Assembly (NCBI GenBank): GCA_945861465.1
Contig: CAMAVB010000004.1
Location: 11,687 to 75,686, forward strand
Length of the DNA: 64,000 bases
Direction of reading: 5' to 3'
Origin: Candidatus Kuenenia stuttgartensis
Lineage (GTDB): Bacteria > Planctomycetota > Planctomycetia > Planctomycetales > Planctomycetaceae
Made by a program: the position numbers and the translations under genes. Of this stretch, positions 9,823 to 18,831 are shown piece after piece (the first letter of the stretch is position 1; the number at the start of each line of letters is the position of its first letter). Under the pieces are notes generated by a model. It saw nothing but the letters and a program-made list of their open reading frames with translations, was not told the DNA's origin and did not search any database.

Positions 9823-10641
9823 TCACGTCCGCAGGAACATGCTCAACTTTGCAAGATCGTCGGTCCCGATGAGATCCACGCCCGCGTCCTTCAACTCTTT
9901 CCAGAGAACAGGATTCTCGGGTGTGGCCCAGAACCGAATTCGGCGGCCTTTGGCATGTGCCCGGCGAACCATGTCATGCAGCTTTTCCCGCTCCGCATCG
10001 GGCATAGTTCCGACGCCACGATAGCGAAAATGGCTCGTCCAGTTATCGCTGATTAATGGCAGCAGCGCCGCCGGTTTGTCGCTGTCGAGATCTACCACTC
10101 TCCCGTCGATTCCAACTCGCCGAGGTTTGGAGTCTTCAATCTCCTGTATCGGTCGATCGCCGCTGATGATGACGGTCACGGCATTCTCGGTGTACACCCC
10201 GTCGTACGTCACGGAAATCAGTGAGGCGTATTGTTTCAGCAGATCGTGGAGCGCCGCATACGCCGCCCCGCCGTTTGTCTTGATGTCAACCAGCAAAGTG
10301 ACCGTCGGGCCGTCCTTGTAAACACGTCCCTGATTTTCGCTGGCAAGCTCCTGCAGCGGCTGAAGATACAGTTTTTCCAGGGTGCGTTCTTTTGAGACAT
10401 CCGCAAAGTTGTGTGCGACCAGTAGCTGCCCTTCGACCAGAAAAACATCCGCCTCGATGCTCGTAAAACCCTGGTCCAGTGCATCCAGCAGCGGTCGAAG
10501 GTGTTCGTAATCGTTATGTGCATGGGCATTCGCCAACGGTGTCGCGGAAGCAGTTGGTTTGTCCGTTGTCTGAGCATTTAACGCAGAGCTGACCAGCAAG
10601 AGCACAACCACGGGGCATACCGACCCAAAAACTCGGATCAT
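9823..10641 (-). CDS. secreted GDPD/PI-PLC-like phosphodiesterase
   Basis: AHAHNDYEH...IEADVFL..GQLLVAH motif of the glycerophosphodiester phosphodiesterase-like (AIM6-type) family. ATG 10641 is preceded by GGAG and gives a signal peptide MIRVFGSVCPVVVLLLVSSALNA. Confidence 0.7.
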   Translation of the reverse strand: MIRVFGSVCPVVVLLLVSSALNAQTTDKPTASATPLANAHAHNDYEHLRPLLDALDQGFTSIEADVFLVEGQLLVAHNFADVSKERTLEKLYLQPLQELASENQGRVYKDGPTVTLLVDIKTNGGAAYAALHDLLKQYASLISVTYDGVYTENAVTVIISGDRPIQEIEDSKPRRVGIDGRVVDLDSDKPAALLPLISDNWTSHFRYRGVGTMPDAEREKLHDMVRRAHAKGRRIRFWATPENPVLWKELKDAGVDLIGTDDLAKLSMFLRT

Positions 10642-10700
10642 CGATTCATTCTCCTCTGCACTGTCTCGGAATCTTGGCGCGGGTTTTGCCCGCAATCCAA

Positions 10701-10840
10701 AGTAGCCGTCACTCTCCGAGTGACGCAATGCGATTCATTTGGCCAGTTCAGACAGGCGTTACTGACGGAGTCACGTCCTGGTTGATCCGCCCTTATCCCA
10801 GCTAATCGCAATTCATCACTCAGAGAGTGATGGCTACTCT
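10701..10840. repeat. inverted pair of 'agtagcc + short hairpin' REP-like units
   Basis: agtagccGTCACTCtccGAGTGACgcaatgc (10701-) and its inverted partner gcaattcATCACTCagaGAGTGATggctact (to 10838). Confidence 0.7.
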
Positions 10841-10997
10841 GTACTCAACCAAGTGCTCTCCTGCTGGTCAGGATAAATCTTCTCAGAATAGCAACACTCT
10901 CAACGTTTGCTGAACAGGGTCAGCAATTTACAAGATTCGCCCAGTCCGGTAAAACCACCACTTGCCGCCTGATATGAGATGTTTAGTTTCGGGGTTC

Positions 10998-11075
10998 TGT
11001 AGGCCGGACCAAGCGGAGCGCCGTTCCGGCACTCCGCGCATCAGCCGGAATGCCCGACGCTCGGTCCGGCCTACA
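10998..11075. repeat. REPIN-like palindrome, family gtaggccggaccaagcg
   Basis: tgtaggccggaccaagcggagcgccgttccggc ... gccggaatgcccgacgctcggtccggcctaca. Same family as 42299-42377. Confidence 0.8.
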
Positions 11076-11121
11076 AACTGATTCAAGAGTTTTTCCGTCA
11101 CCACCGCCGAGCGAGCCACAC

Positions 11122-11991
11122 ATGTCAACCCCCTCAGAAGACCAGTCTCGTCCGGCAACTGTGATCAAAGCCTGGGAAGACTTTGTGGAAGAACAGGTCT
11201 ACCCAGTCCCGGACGCCAAAGCAAAAAGCGATTACCGCAACTACGACGAACCGGCCCGGGACACCGTCCGCGAATTCTATCGCCAGAACCATCGGCATCA
11301 GACGCTCGCCTTTGTCTGCCAGAAACGCGATGAATTCCTGCGGCTCGACCGCCAGCAGATGAGCATCTTTGAAGCTCTGGATTTTCTGAATACACTGGTT
11401 GACGATTCGGACCCCGATATCGACCTCGATCAGCTCCAGCACCTGCTGCAGACCGCTGAATCCATCCGCAAAGACGGACAGGAAGACTGGTTTGTGCTGA
11501 CCGGGCTGATCCATGATCTCGGCAAAGTCCTGTGCCTGTACGGCGAACCACAATGGGCGGTCGTGGGTGACACCTTTCCGGTCGGTTGTCACTTCAGTAA
11601 CCGCATCGTGTTCAGCGAGTTCTTCGCCGAGAACCCAGATCACGCTGATCCGAAACTGAGCCAGCAGCTGGGCGTCTACGAAAGGAATTGTGGTCTGCGT
11701 CAGGTGCTGATGTCATGGGGCCACGATGAATACCTGTATCACGTGATGAAGGATCATCTTCCCGAACCCGCGCTGTACATGATCCGCTATCACTCGTTTT
11801 ACGCCTGGCACCGTGAATGCGAATACGACTGGCTCTGCGACGACCATGACCGTGCGATGCTGCCCTGGGTCCGCAAATTCAATCCGTACGACCTGTACTC
11901 AAAATCGCCGGAACCGCCTGACTGGAACAAACTCCGACCTTACTACGCCGATCTGCTGGGAAAATACCTGCCGGAAAAACTAGCGTTCTGA
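11122..11991 (+). CDS. myo-inositol oxygenase
   Basis: HD-domain MIOX motifs: HDLGKV, WGHDEYLYHVM, RYHSFYAWH, and the C-terminal KYLPEKLAF-type tail. Start at ATG 11122, because the upstream ORF extension runs through a REP. Confidence 0.9.
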   Translation: MSTPSEDQSRPATVIKAWEDFVEEQVYPVPDAKAKSDYRNYDEPARDTVREFYRQNHRHQTLAFVCQKRDEFLRLDRQQMSIFEALDFLNTLVDDSDPDIDLDQLQHLLQTAESIRKDGQEDWFVLTGLIHDLGKVLCLYGEPQWAVVGDTFPVGCHFSNRIVFSEFFAENPDHADPKLSQQLGVYERNCGLRQVLMSWGHDEYLYHVMKDHLPEPALYMIRYHSFYAWHRECEYDWLCDDHDRAMLPWVRKFNPYDLYSKSPEPPDWNKLRPYYADLLGKYLPEKLAF

Positions 11992-12082
11992 AGTGTCGAT
12001 GGTGCGTACAACATGACATCGATTGACGAGTGCGTTATCAAGACCAGACATTGGGGTTGAATTTGCAGGCCCCAATCAAGTG

Positions 12083-13189
12083 TCACGGCTTCATCCGCAG
12101 AATTCGATTGTTGCCCATATCGACGACGTAGAGCCATCCATTCTCCCAGGTCACTCCGTGGGGATGACTGAGCCTGATCCGAGCATCGCCCTGCCCTTTT
12201 CCGAGAATCGTTGTCACTTCGCGCGTCTGCGAATCAATGCGTCGGATGGCAGCGTTTTCGTCGTCGGCGATGTAGACGTTGTCGACATCATCTACGCAGA
12301 GATGTTTGGGTGATCCGAACTGTGAGGTCAGTCCAGGGCCGTCCGCGAATCCTCTCGTCCCGGTTCCTGCGACTGTATGAATGATGCCATCAGGGAACAC
12401 TGCTCGCAGCGCATGGCCACCGCGTTCGAGGATCCAGATAATGCCCTTCGAATCCTGTGCGACTGCTCGTGGATCCACAAGCGGGCTTGCAACGGCAACA
12501 TCACCATCCTTCGGAACACCATTTCTGCCATTTCCGGCAACAGTCGTCACCACGCCGGACTTCAGATCGACAGCACGAATCCGGCGATTGTTCAGATCCG
12601 CAATATGCAGTACATCGTTGGTCGGATTCAGCGTGATGCACATCACAAAATCAAAAGTCGCTGCTGTAGCCGGACCGCCATCGCCGCTGAATCCCTTCTG
12701 ACCCGTCCCTGCGCTGGTGGAAATCACACCGGTCGCCGCATCCACTTTCCGAACACAGTGATTCCAGCTGTCCGCGATATATAGATCACCATTGGGCGTG
12801 ACCGCGCAGTTATGCATGCCGTTAAAAGTTGCGGCTGCCAGCTTTCCGCCGTCTCCCTTGTAACTCTTTGTCCCTTCGCCACCTGCATGACGCAGTTTAC
12901 CGGCCGCATCGAACGTATGGACTCGGCCACCTTCCAGTTCCACAATCCACATGTCACCCTGTGAATTGAAATCGACGCCAAACGGCGACTTCAATGGACT
13001 GTCTTCTGGATTCCAGCTTCCGCCTTCTGCGGCCATCAAGTCGCCCACGACGAATTCTACTTCACCAGCGCTCGCCGTGCCGCGCATCAGGGTTGCCACC
13101 ACCGCGAATAAAACCCACGCGGCAATTCGGTTTCTGTTTCTGGTCATCGTATTCCTCATGAGCGTTCTTTCATTGTGCAATCGAATCAT
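12083..13189 (-). CDS. secreted NHL-repeat beta-propeller protein
   Basis: Repeated G..GFSGDGGPATAA.F / P.GV..D..G.lYIAD units (NHL repeats) and an N-terminal signal-like segment IAAWVLFAVVATLMRGTASA. The exact start among several Met codons is uncertain. Confidence 0.75.
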   Translation of the reverse strand: MIRLHNERTLMRNTMTRNRNRIAAWVLFAVVATLMRGTASAGEVEFVVGDLMAAEGGSWNPEDSPLKSPFGVDFNSQGDMWIVELEGGRVHTFDAAGKLRHAGGEGTKSYKGDGGKLAAATFNGMHNCAVTPNGDLYIADSWNHCVRKVDAATGVISTSAGTGQKGFSGDGGPATAATFDFVMCITLNPTNDVLHIADLNNRRIRAVDLKSGVVTTVAGNGRNGVPKDGDVAVASPLVDPRAVAQDSKGIIWILERGGHALRAVFPDGIIHTVAGTGTRGFADGPGLTSQFGSPKHLCVDDVDNVYIADDENAAIRRIDSQTREVTTILGKGQGDARIRLSHPHGVTWENGWLYVVDMGNNRILRMKP

Positions 13190-13198
13190 TCACTTAAT

Positions 13199-13318
13199 GT
13201 AGCCGTCTCGCTCCGCCGAGACGAGCCCACAAGTGCTCGCGTCGTGATGACTCCGCCATGTTCAAACATCTGTCACGTTGAATCTTGTGGGCTCATCACG
13301 CGGAGCGATGATGGCTAC
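13199..13318. repeat. REPIN-like inverted pair, 'gtagcc' family
   Basis: gtagccGTCTCGctccgccGAGACgagcccacaag ... cttgtgggctCATCACgcggagcGATGATGgctac. Confidence 0.8.
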
Positions 13319-13336
13319 ATCGTTATTGGCTGATCT

Positions 13337-16300
13337 TCAATTATCAGCCAGCCGCAAACTGCGACCGTCCATAACAATTTGCCCATCGAGCAGTACCTGA
13401 GCACACGCAAAATCTTTAACCTTGCAGCCGATCTCTTTTCGCAGCGCTGTTGTGGATACCTTTTCATTGCCCAGTTGCTGCTCTCGCTTCAGGATATTCA
13501 AAATCGTCGCGGCCAATGCCCTCACTTCGTCCGAATCTTCTGATTTGGATGACAACGCCTTCGTTGTCGCTTCGAAATCCGTCGTTGGACTCACGCAGTC
13601 AGGATCGGCCCCTGGAATCACAATCCGCGACGCACCGCCGCTGCGACGTTTTTCCACTCTGATCTGCACCGGAATCGCATCCGTCATTTCGGTCACATGA
13701 GAAATGACGCCCACTTTACGTCCCTGCGCTTCAAGGTGTGTCAGAGCATTCATGGCCATCGTCAGTGTCTCCAGATCCAGGCTTCCAAACCCTTCGTCAA
13801 TAAACAGCGATTCAATTCGCAGCCGATTGGATGTGAGCGATGCCAGGCCCAGTGCCAGCGCCAATGAGACCAGAAACGATTCACCACCAGACAGTGAATG
13901 CACCGAACGCCGTTCTTCTCCCATGTCACAGTCGATGACGATCAGATTCAACGATTCCGGAAGACGTTCCAGGCGATAACGTGCCGACAGCTGAGTCAAC
14001 TGATGATTCGCGTAGCCCAGCAGAACGTCCAGCGTGCGGCGCTGAGCGATCATGCGGAATTTGTCGCCTTCTTTCGAGCCGATCAGTTCGTTTAGTTTGA
14101 GCCACGGTTCAGCGACGGTGAGCCGTTGCGCCAAACGCTGAGTCAACTCAGCGTTCTGATTCCGCTGTCGATCATCGTTCTTAATCTCATCCAGAGCGGC
14201 TTCCTGTACGGTTTTTGCCGCTTCCAGCTCTCCCTTGACTCGCTGCTCGGCCACAAGGATAACAGCTTCATCGTCGGGCACAGGTCGCGTGTCAACGTGT
14301 TGCTGCATCTGCTGCTGGTAAACATCACAGGCGCTGGATGTTGAGGTGACTCGTTCATCCAGGCTCTTGAAGTGCGTGCGTTCAGTCTCGAACCATGCCG
14401 CATCCCGAGCCAGCATTTGATCGACATCGGCGATCGTCAGCTTGCGTGATGAACTTGCGTTGAATGATTCAAGCCAGGCAGTCATCGCGGCTTGCGCGGT
14501 CTGCAAGCCGTCTGCAGTCTGTTCAGCGTTTGTTTTTGTAGATTTGTGTGCTTCTTCCGCAGCTGCCAGAAGTTTTTCAGCAGCGTGTCTTGCTGCCGTG
14601 CGTTCATCCACGGTTTGACCAGCCGTTGTCAGACGTGCCGCAAACTCCTGCTGCACAACATCGACGGCGCGACCATCAAGCAACTGCTGCCGCTGCTGCA
14701 CATGCTTGTCGTGATCGCCGACAGTTGCCGTGTGTTCGATCTCGCAGGCCGTCCGCGCTTGACTCGCCCTGAACATTGCCTCTTCAAGTGGTTCGATCGT
14801 CGCATTTGCTGCCAAAAGGTTGGCTGTGAGCCCGACCAGTTGCTCTTGAATCTCGCCGCAAGATTTCGTGGAGGCCACAAAAGTGTCTCGAAACACTGAA
14901 GCACCAGCGGTCAATTCATCTTTGGCATGTGGCAAAGCGCTGAACAGCCCGCCCAACGCGGCCAACGCATCATGCGATGCTTCGTCTGCCTTCTTCAACG
15001 TCGATTCAGAGACCGCGTGTTTCGCGGCTGTGATACTCGTCTGCCTTTCCAGTACGGTCACTGCGTGCTGACGCGATTGATGTTGTGCCACTATTTTCTC
15101 GACAAGCTCACGTCGCTTTTGAGTCAACTTCGCCGCATCTCGCTGAGCCTTTTCATCCGCCGCAATCTGCTTGAGCGACATTGCCACAGCGTCCAGTTTG
15201 CTTGTTACCACGCCCTGCCGTTCCACTTCCGGCAACGCCAGAACCGTCGCGACTTCCGCATGATCTACAGACGAATACACAGCGCTGTCGATCGTCGCCA
15301 GCAACTTCTGGCGAACCTGCTGCTGTTTGGTAATCTGATCCAGTCTCGACTCCGAACCTGCCACAAGTCGCTGAACTTCGTTGTTCAACTTGTCACGTCG
15401 TATCTCCAGTTCTTTGTAGTGATCTTTGGCAGCCGCAACCGCCGCTGCTTCGAAATCCGGAGCATGATCGCTGTACGGATGCGACTCAGAACCACAAACG
15501 GGACACGGCTGGTGTGGCTGCAATGACAATCGCAAGCGCTTCGCATCATCGTCGACTGCGGCAACGATGCGTTCCAACTGATCGCGCGATACCTGCGCAT
15601 CACGGAAGGCAGCTGGAACATCCACTTCCTGATGCTGATTCAGGGTCGTTGTGTCCTGAGTCTGCTGCGACTCCAGCTCAGCAATTTCCTTTTCGATGGT
15701 CTCAGTTTGATCGCGAAGCTTGACACGTTCGGCCAATTCCTGCTGCAACGTCGTCAGCACGCGCTGCGAAGCGTCCAGCTCAACACGATGCTGAGCCAAC
15801 CGCTCACCATCGAACTTCCGCTCCGCCGTTTCGGCGACGTGAAGTTCAGTTACAGCAGATTCCATCTGTTGCTGAACCTGCAGCAATTCGTCCCGTTTCG
15901 TCTCGAGTTCATGCTGTTCGGTCTGCCGCGTTTCCGTTAGCAACTTCAGCTCGTCGCGAAGCTGAGTGGCCTCAGAACCTGTCGAAATCGCCGTATCCAG
16001 ACGATGATGCCACGTCGCAGCCTCCTTCACAAACGGCAGGTACGCCGTCAGTTTTCCACGCCGCGCTTCCAGAATCTGTTGCTCGTCAAGCACAGCCTGT
16101 TTTCGCCTGACTGCGTCATCATGTTTCCTGGTCGCGTCGTTTACGGCAGCCGTGGCGTTCGTCAGCGCGGCGTGGGAGTTCTTAACTCGCAACTGCAATG
16201 GCTCAAGTTGCGCATCCAGCTCCAATGCACGTTTCAACTGCGGAGCCGCCGCCAACTCTTCTTCCTGCACCAGCTTCAATGCTGCGGTCGCAGTCCTGAC

Positions 16301-17359
16301 GCGATCGGTTGTGGTCTTCAGCGTTTCATTATGAGACTTCAGTGCCGTCTCAGCACTCTCAAACACCGTTCGAGCGGTTGCAACAGCCTTTGCTGCCCGC
16401 ACTTCATCATCCCGCAACCCACGTGCCGCATGACTGACGTTCTCGGTAAGCTTTAACTCCGCGCGCCGATCCGACGCAGCAGCACATAGTTGCACTACCG
16501 CTGTGAACTCCGCCCTTGCCTTCTCAACAGCAGTCAGCAACGTCGCATGTTGGCGAAACCATTCCGCCCGAACTTCGTGTTCCTTCAGGTTGACTTTCAA
16601 CTGTTGGACATTGCTCGTCGCCGACAACAACGCCTCATCCGCTTGCGCCCGAGCTTCATCCGACAAAGCCCGAACTCCCTGCAGTTGAGCTTCCAGAGTC
16701 TCAACCTCTTTCTTTTCGAGCGAATACCGAACAAAAACCGCTCGCGAAATTGCTTCAAAGTGTTCTGTGCCCGTTAACGCCTGCAAAATCTCTGCACGCT
16801 GCTTGTCTGCCGCCTTGAGAAACGTCGCAAAATCGTTCTGAGCCAACAACACGGCTCGCGTGAACTGCTCAAACGTCAGCCCGATCTTTTCTTCGATCGA
16901 CTCCTTGACCAGCTTCTTCTTGCCGCCTGCCTCCACGACTCCGTCGCCACCCGGTGCGATATGGCCGCGATACAACGCCATTTCGACGTCCTGCAGGTTT
17001 CCGTCCGGCTTATTGTGGCTGCGGCGGACACTCCAACGCGCCGTCCATCGCTGTTGATCAACACCAACAAACGCAACTTCGGCGAATCCGTACGCCGTGT
17101 TGAGACGCAGCAGAGTTCGCGTGTCGTATTGCCTTTCGCCCGTCTCCAGCTCCGCCGACTTCTTCGCAACCTGATTCAATCGCGGAGTCTTATCAAACAG
17201 CGCCAGGCATAAGGCATCCAGAAGCGTGCTCTTGCCAGCTCCGGTCGCCCCGCTGATCGAAAACAGCCCGGCGGTTCTGAGCGGGTCTTTTGTGAAATCG
17301 ACAGAATGCGTGCCCGCCAGCGAAGCAATATTGCATAAGGTGATGCGTTCAATTCTCAT
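13337..17359 (-). CDS. sbcC: SbcC-like SMC-type ATPase (1340 aa) with zinc hook and C-terminal extension
   Basis: Walker A GATGAGKST, long coiled coils, zinc hook CPVCG, signature LSGGESFLVSLALALGLA, Walker B LFIDEGFGSLD, H-loop ISHV. The start overlaps the sbcD stop (ATGA). Confidence 0.9.
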   Translation of the reverse strand: MRIERITLCNIASLAGTHSVDFTKDPLRTAGLFSISGATGAGKSTLLDALCLALFDKTPRLNQVAKKSAELETGERQYDTRTLLRLNTAYGFAEVAFVGVDQQRWTARWSVRRSHNKPDGNLQDVEMALYRGHIAPGGDGVVEAGGKKKLVKESIEEKIGLTFEQFTRAVLLAQNDFATFLKAADKQRAEILQALTGTEHFEAISRAVFVRYSLEKKEVETLEAQLQGVRALSDEARAQADEALLSATSNVQQLKVNLKEHEVRAEWFRQHATLLTAVEKARAEFTAVVQLCAAASDRRAELKLTENVSHAARGLRDDEVRAAKAVATARTVFESAETALKSHNETLKTTTDRVRTATAALKLVQEEELAAAPQLKRALELDAQLEPLQLRVKNSHAALTNATAAVNDATRKHDDAVRRKQAVLDEQQILEARRGKLTAYLPFVKEAATWHHRLDTAISTGSEATQLRDELKLLTETRQTEQHELETKRDELLQVQQQMESAVTELHVAETAERKFDGERLAQHRVELDASQRVLTTLQQELAERVKLRDQTETIEKEIAELESQQTQDTTTLNQHQEVDVPAAFRDAQVSRDQLERIVAAVDDDAKRLRLSLQPHQPCPVCGSESHPYSDHAPDFEAAAVAAAKDHYKELEIRRDKLNNEVQRLVAGSESRLDQITKQQQVRQKLLATIDSAVYSSVDHAEVATVLALPEVERQGVVTSKLDAVAMSLKQIAADEKAQRDAAKLTQKRRELVEKIVAQHQSRQHAVTVLERQTSITAAKHAVSESTLKKADEASHDALAALGGLFSALPHAKDELTAGASVFRDTFVASTKSCGEIQEQLVGLTANLLAANATIEPLEEAMFRASQARTACEIEHTATVGDHDKHVQQRQQLLDGRAVDVVQQEFAARLTTAGQTVDERTAARHAAEKLLAAAEEAHKSTKTNAEQTADGLQTAQAAMTAWLESFNASSSRKLTIADVDQMLARDAAWFETERTHFKSLDERVTSTSSACDVYQQQMQQHVDTRPVPDDEAVILVAEQRVKGELEAAKTVQEAALDEIKNDDRQRNQNAELTQRLAQRLTVAEPWLKLNELIGSKEGDKFRMIAQRRTLDVLLGYANHQLTQLSARYRLERLPESLNLIVIDCDMGEERRSVHSLSGGESFLVSLALALGLASLTSNRLRIESLFIDEGFGSLDLETLTMAMNALTHLEAQGRKVGVISHVTEMTDAIPVQIRVEKRRSGGASRIVIPGADPDCVSPTTDFEATTKALSSKSEDSDEVRALAATILNILKREQQLGNEKVSTTALRKEIGCKVKDFACAQVLLDGQIVMDGRSLRLADN

Positions 17360-18612
17360 CAGCCGCGAGCCTCCTGCAGCAGAATCTCGCGGAAGGCTTC
17401 CAGCACACGAGAGTCGGGTTCGCTGCGAAACTTTTCGCGATACGCATCCAGAAAAATATCTTCCGGATCGATCGTCTTCAGGTCTGTCTGGTTAAACGCT
17501 GCTGCGGCCTCGCCGGCTGCAGCATCACGCTCGGCACTTTCCACCTTGATCGACGCCAATCGCAACTGTTTGCCTTCCATTGCGTGTTCGATCCGACGTC
17601 TGCGCAGGGGATCCGGCCCCTCTTCCAGAATCCGTACTTCCACAAACGGATGCTGTTCCTGCGGAAGCGTGTCGTCCAGGCGCACTGATCCCAACAGGCC
17701 AAGGACATCATCGATCACCGCTGCAGCTGTGGCCGGAATTCGCAACATCATTGCGACGCGAGGAATCAGAATTTCCTCGACCGTCGCCAGTCGCGTTTTC
17801 TCGAAGGTCAGCTTCAGCAACTGATGCTGGTATCCGGCTTCCGCGAACGACAATGGAATCGGGCTGCCGCTGTAACGAATCCGTCCGCTGTCGAACTTCT
17901 GAGCACGATGCAGATGCCCCAGAGCCACATACGCGATCTGCGGGTCAAAAATGTCCGGACCAATTGCTTCCGCTCCGCCGATCACCAACCGACGTTCGGA
18001 GTCCCGCGATTCTTCCCCGCCATGCAGATGACAGTGCCCCAGCGCGATCAACGCCGCATCGGGGTTGAGTTCTGCTCGCAGCGTTACTGCTGCCGCCGTG
18101 GTGCGACGATAGAGTTCCCGAATACCGTCCAGATACGGATCGACCGCGTTCTTCACCAGCGGAACATCCGACGGACGCAGAAACGGGACGGCAATGGCGA
18201 TCGCCTGCACGCACCCTGCACGATCCTTCAGTGGCACAAGAAACTTTGCCAGATTGATGTTGCCCGCATCGTCCTGTCCGACCGTGCCGACAACCGAAAT
18301 ATCGAGCGAATCCAGCAATCCAGCCGGAGCTTCGAGACGCGCACCCGCATCGTGATTGCCGGCGGTCAACACGATTTGCAGCCCGGGCAGCGCTGCATGT
18401 GCGTTCGCCAGAAAGTTGTAGAAACGCTTCTGAGCCGCTGCCGACGGATTGATCGTATCGAACACATCCCCCGCGACAATCAAAGCGTCCGGTCGCTGAG
18501 ACTGTAGTTCTGCCAGCAGCCAGTCCAGAAAACAGCGATGCTCGTAGTCTCGATCAAACCCACAAAACGACTGCCCCAGATGCCAGTCTGCCGTGTGAAA
18601 AACTGTCAACAT
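17359..18612 (-). CDS. sbcD: SbcD/Mre11-type nuclease
   Basis: Calcineurin-like phosphoesterase motifs FHTADWHLG, VAGDVFD, GNHD, GHxH. Start at ATG 18612 (MLTVFHTADWHLG). Confidence 0.9.
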   Translation of the reverse strand: MLTVFHTADWHLGQSFCGFDRDYEHRCFLDWLLAELQSQRPDALIVAGDVFDTINPSAAAQKRFYNFLANAHAALPGLQIVLTAGNHDAGARLEAPAGLLDSLDISVVGTVGQDDAGNINLAKFLVPLKDRAGCVQAIAIAVPFLRPSDVPLVKNAVDPYLDGIRELYRRTTAAAVTLRAELNPDAALIALGHCHLHGGEESRDSERRLVIGGAEAIGPDIFDPQIAYVALGHLHRAQKFDSGRIRYSGSPIPLSFAEAGYQHQLLKLTFEKTRLATVEEILIPRVAMMLRIPATAAAVIDDVLGLLGSVRLDDTLPQEQHPFVEVRILEEGPDPLRRRRIEHAMEGKQLRLASIKVESAERDAAAGEAAAAFNQTDLKTIDPEDIFLDAYREKFRSEPDSRVLEAFREILLQEARG

Positions 18613-18661
18613 GGATGTGCCAAATCTGTGATTCCGTGCCAAAGGCAGGTAATGTGGTAGT

Positions 18662-18810
18662 CCAGGGCAACGCCCTGGGATTGCTCCAATGTACTTGATG
18701 GTTTCCGTATTGTAGGGTGGGACCAGCGGCTGATAAGCCGCGCCGGCCCACCGATATCACCAATGCTCATGGTGGGCCGGCGTTCGCGTTGCTCGCTGGT
18801 CCCACCCTAC
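18662..18810. repeat. short hairpin plus nested REPIN-like palindrome (gtagggtgggaccagcg family)
   Basis: ccagggcaacgccctgg, then gtagggtgggaccagcg...gccggcccacc...ggtgggccggc...cgctggtcccaccctac (outer and inner arms). Confidence 0.85.
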
Positions 18811-18831
18811 TTTGCCGCCCTTCCCACCAGG

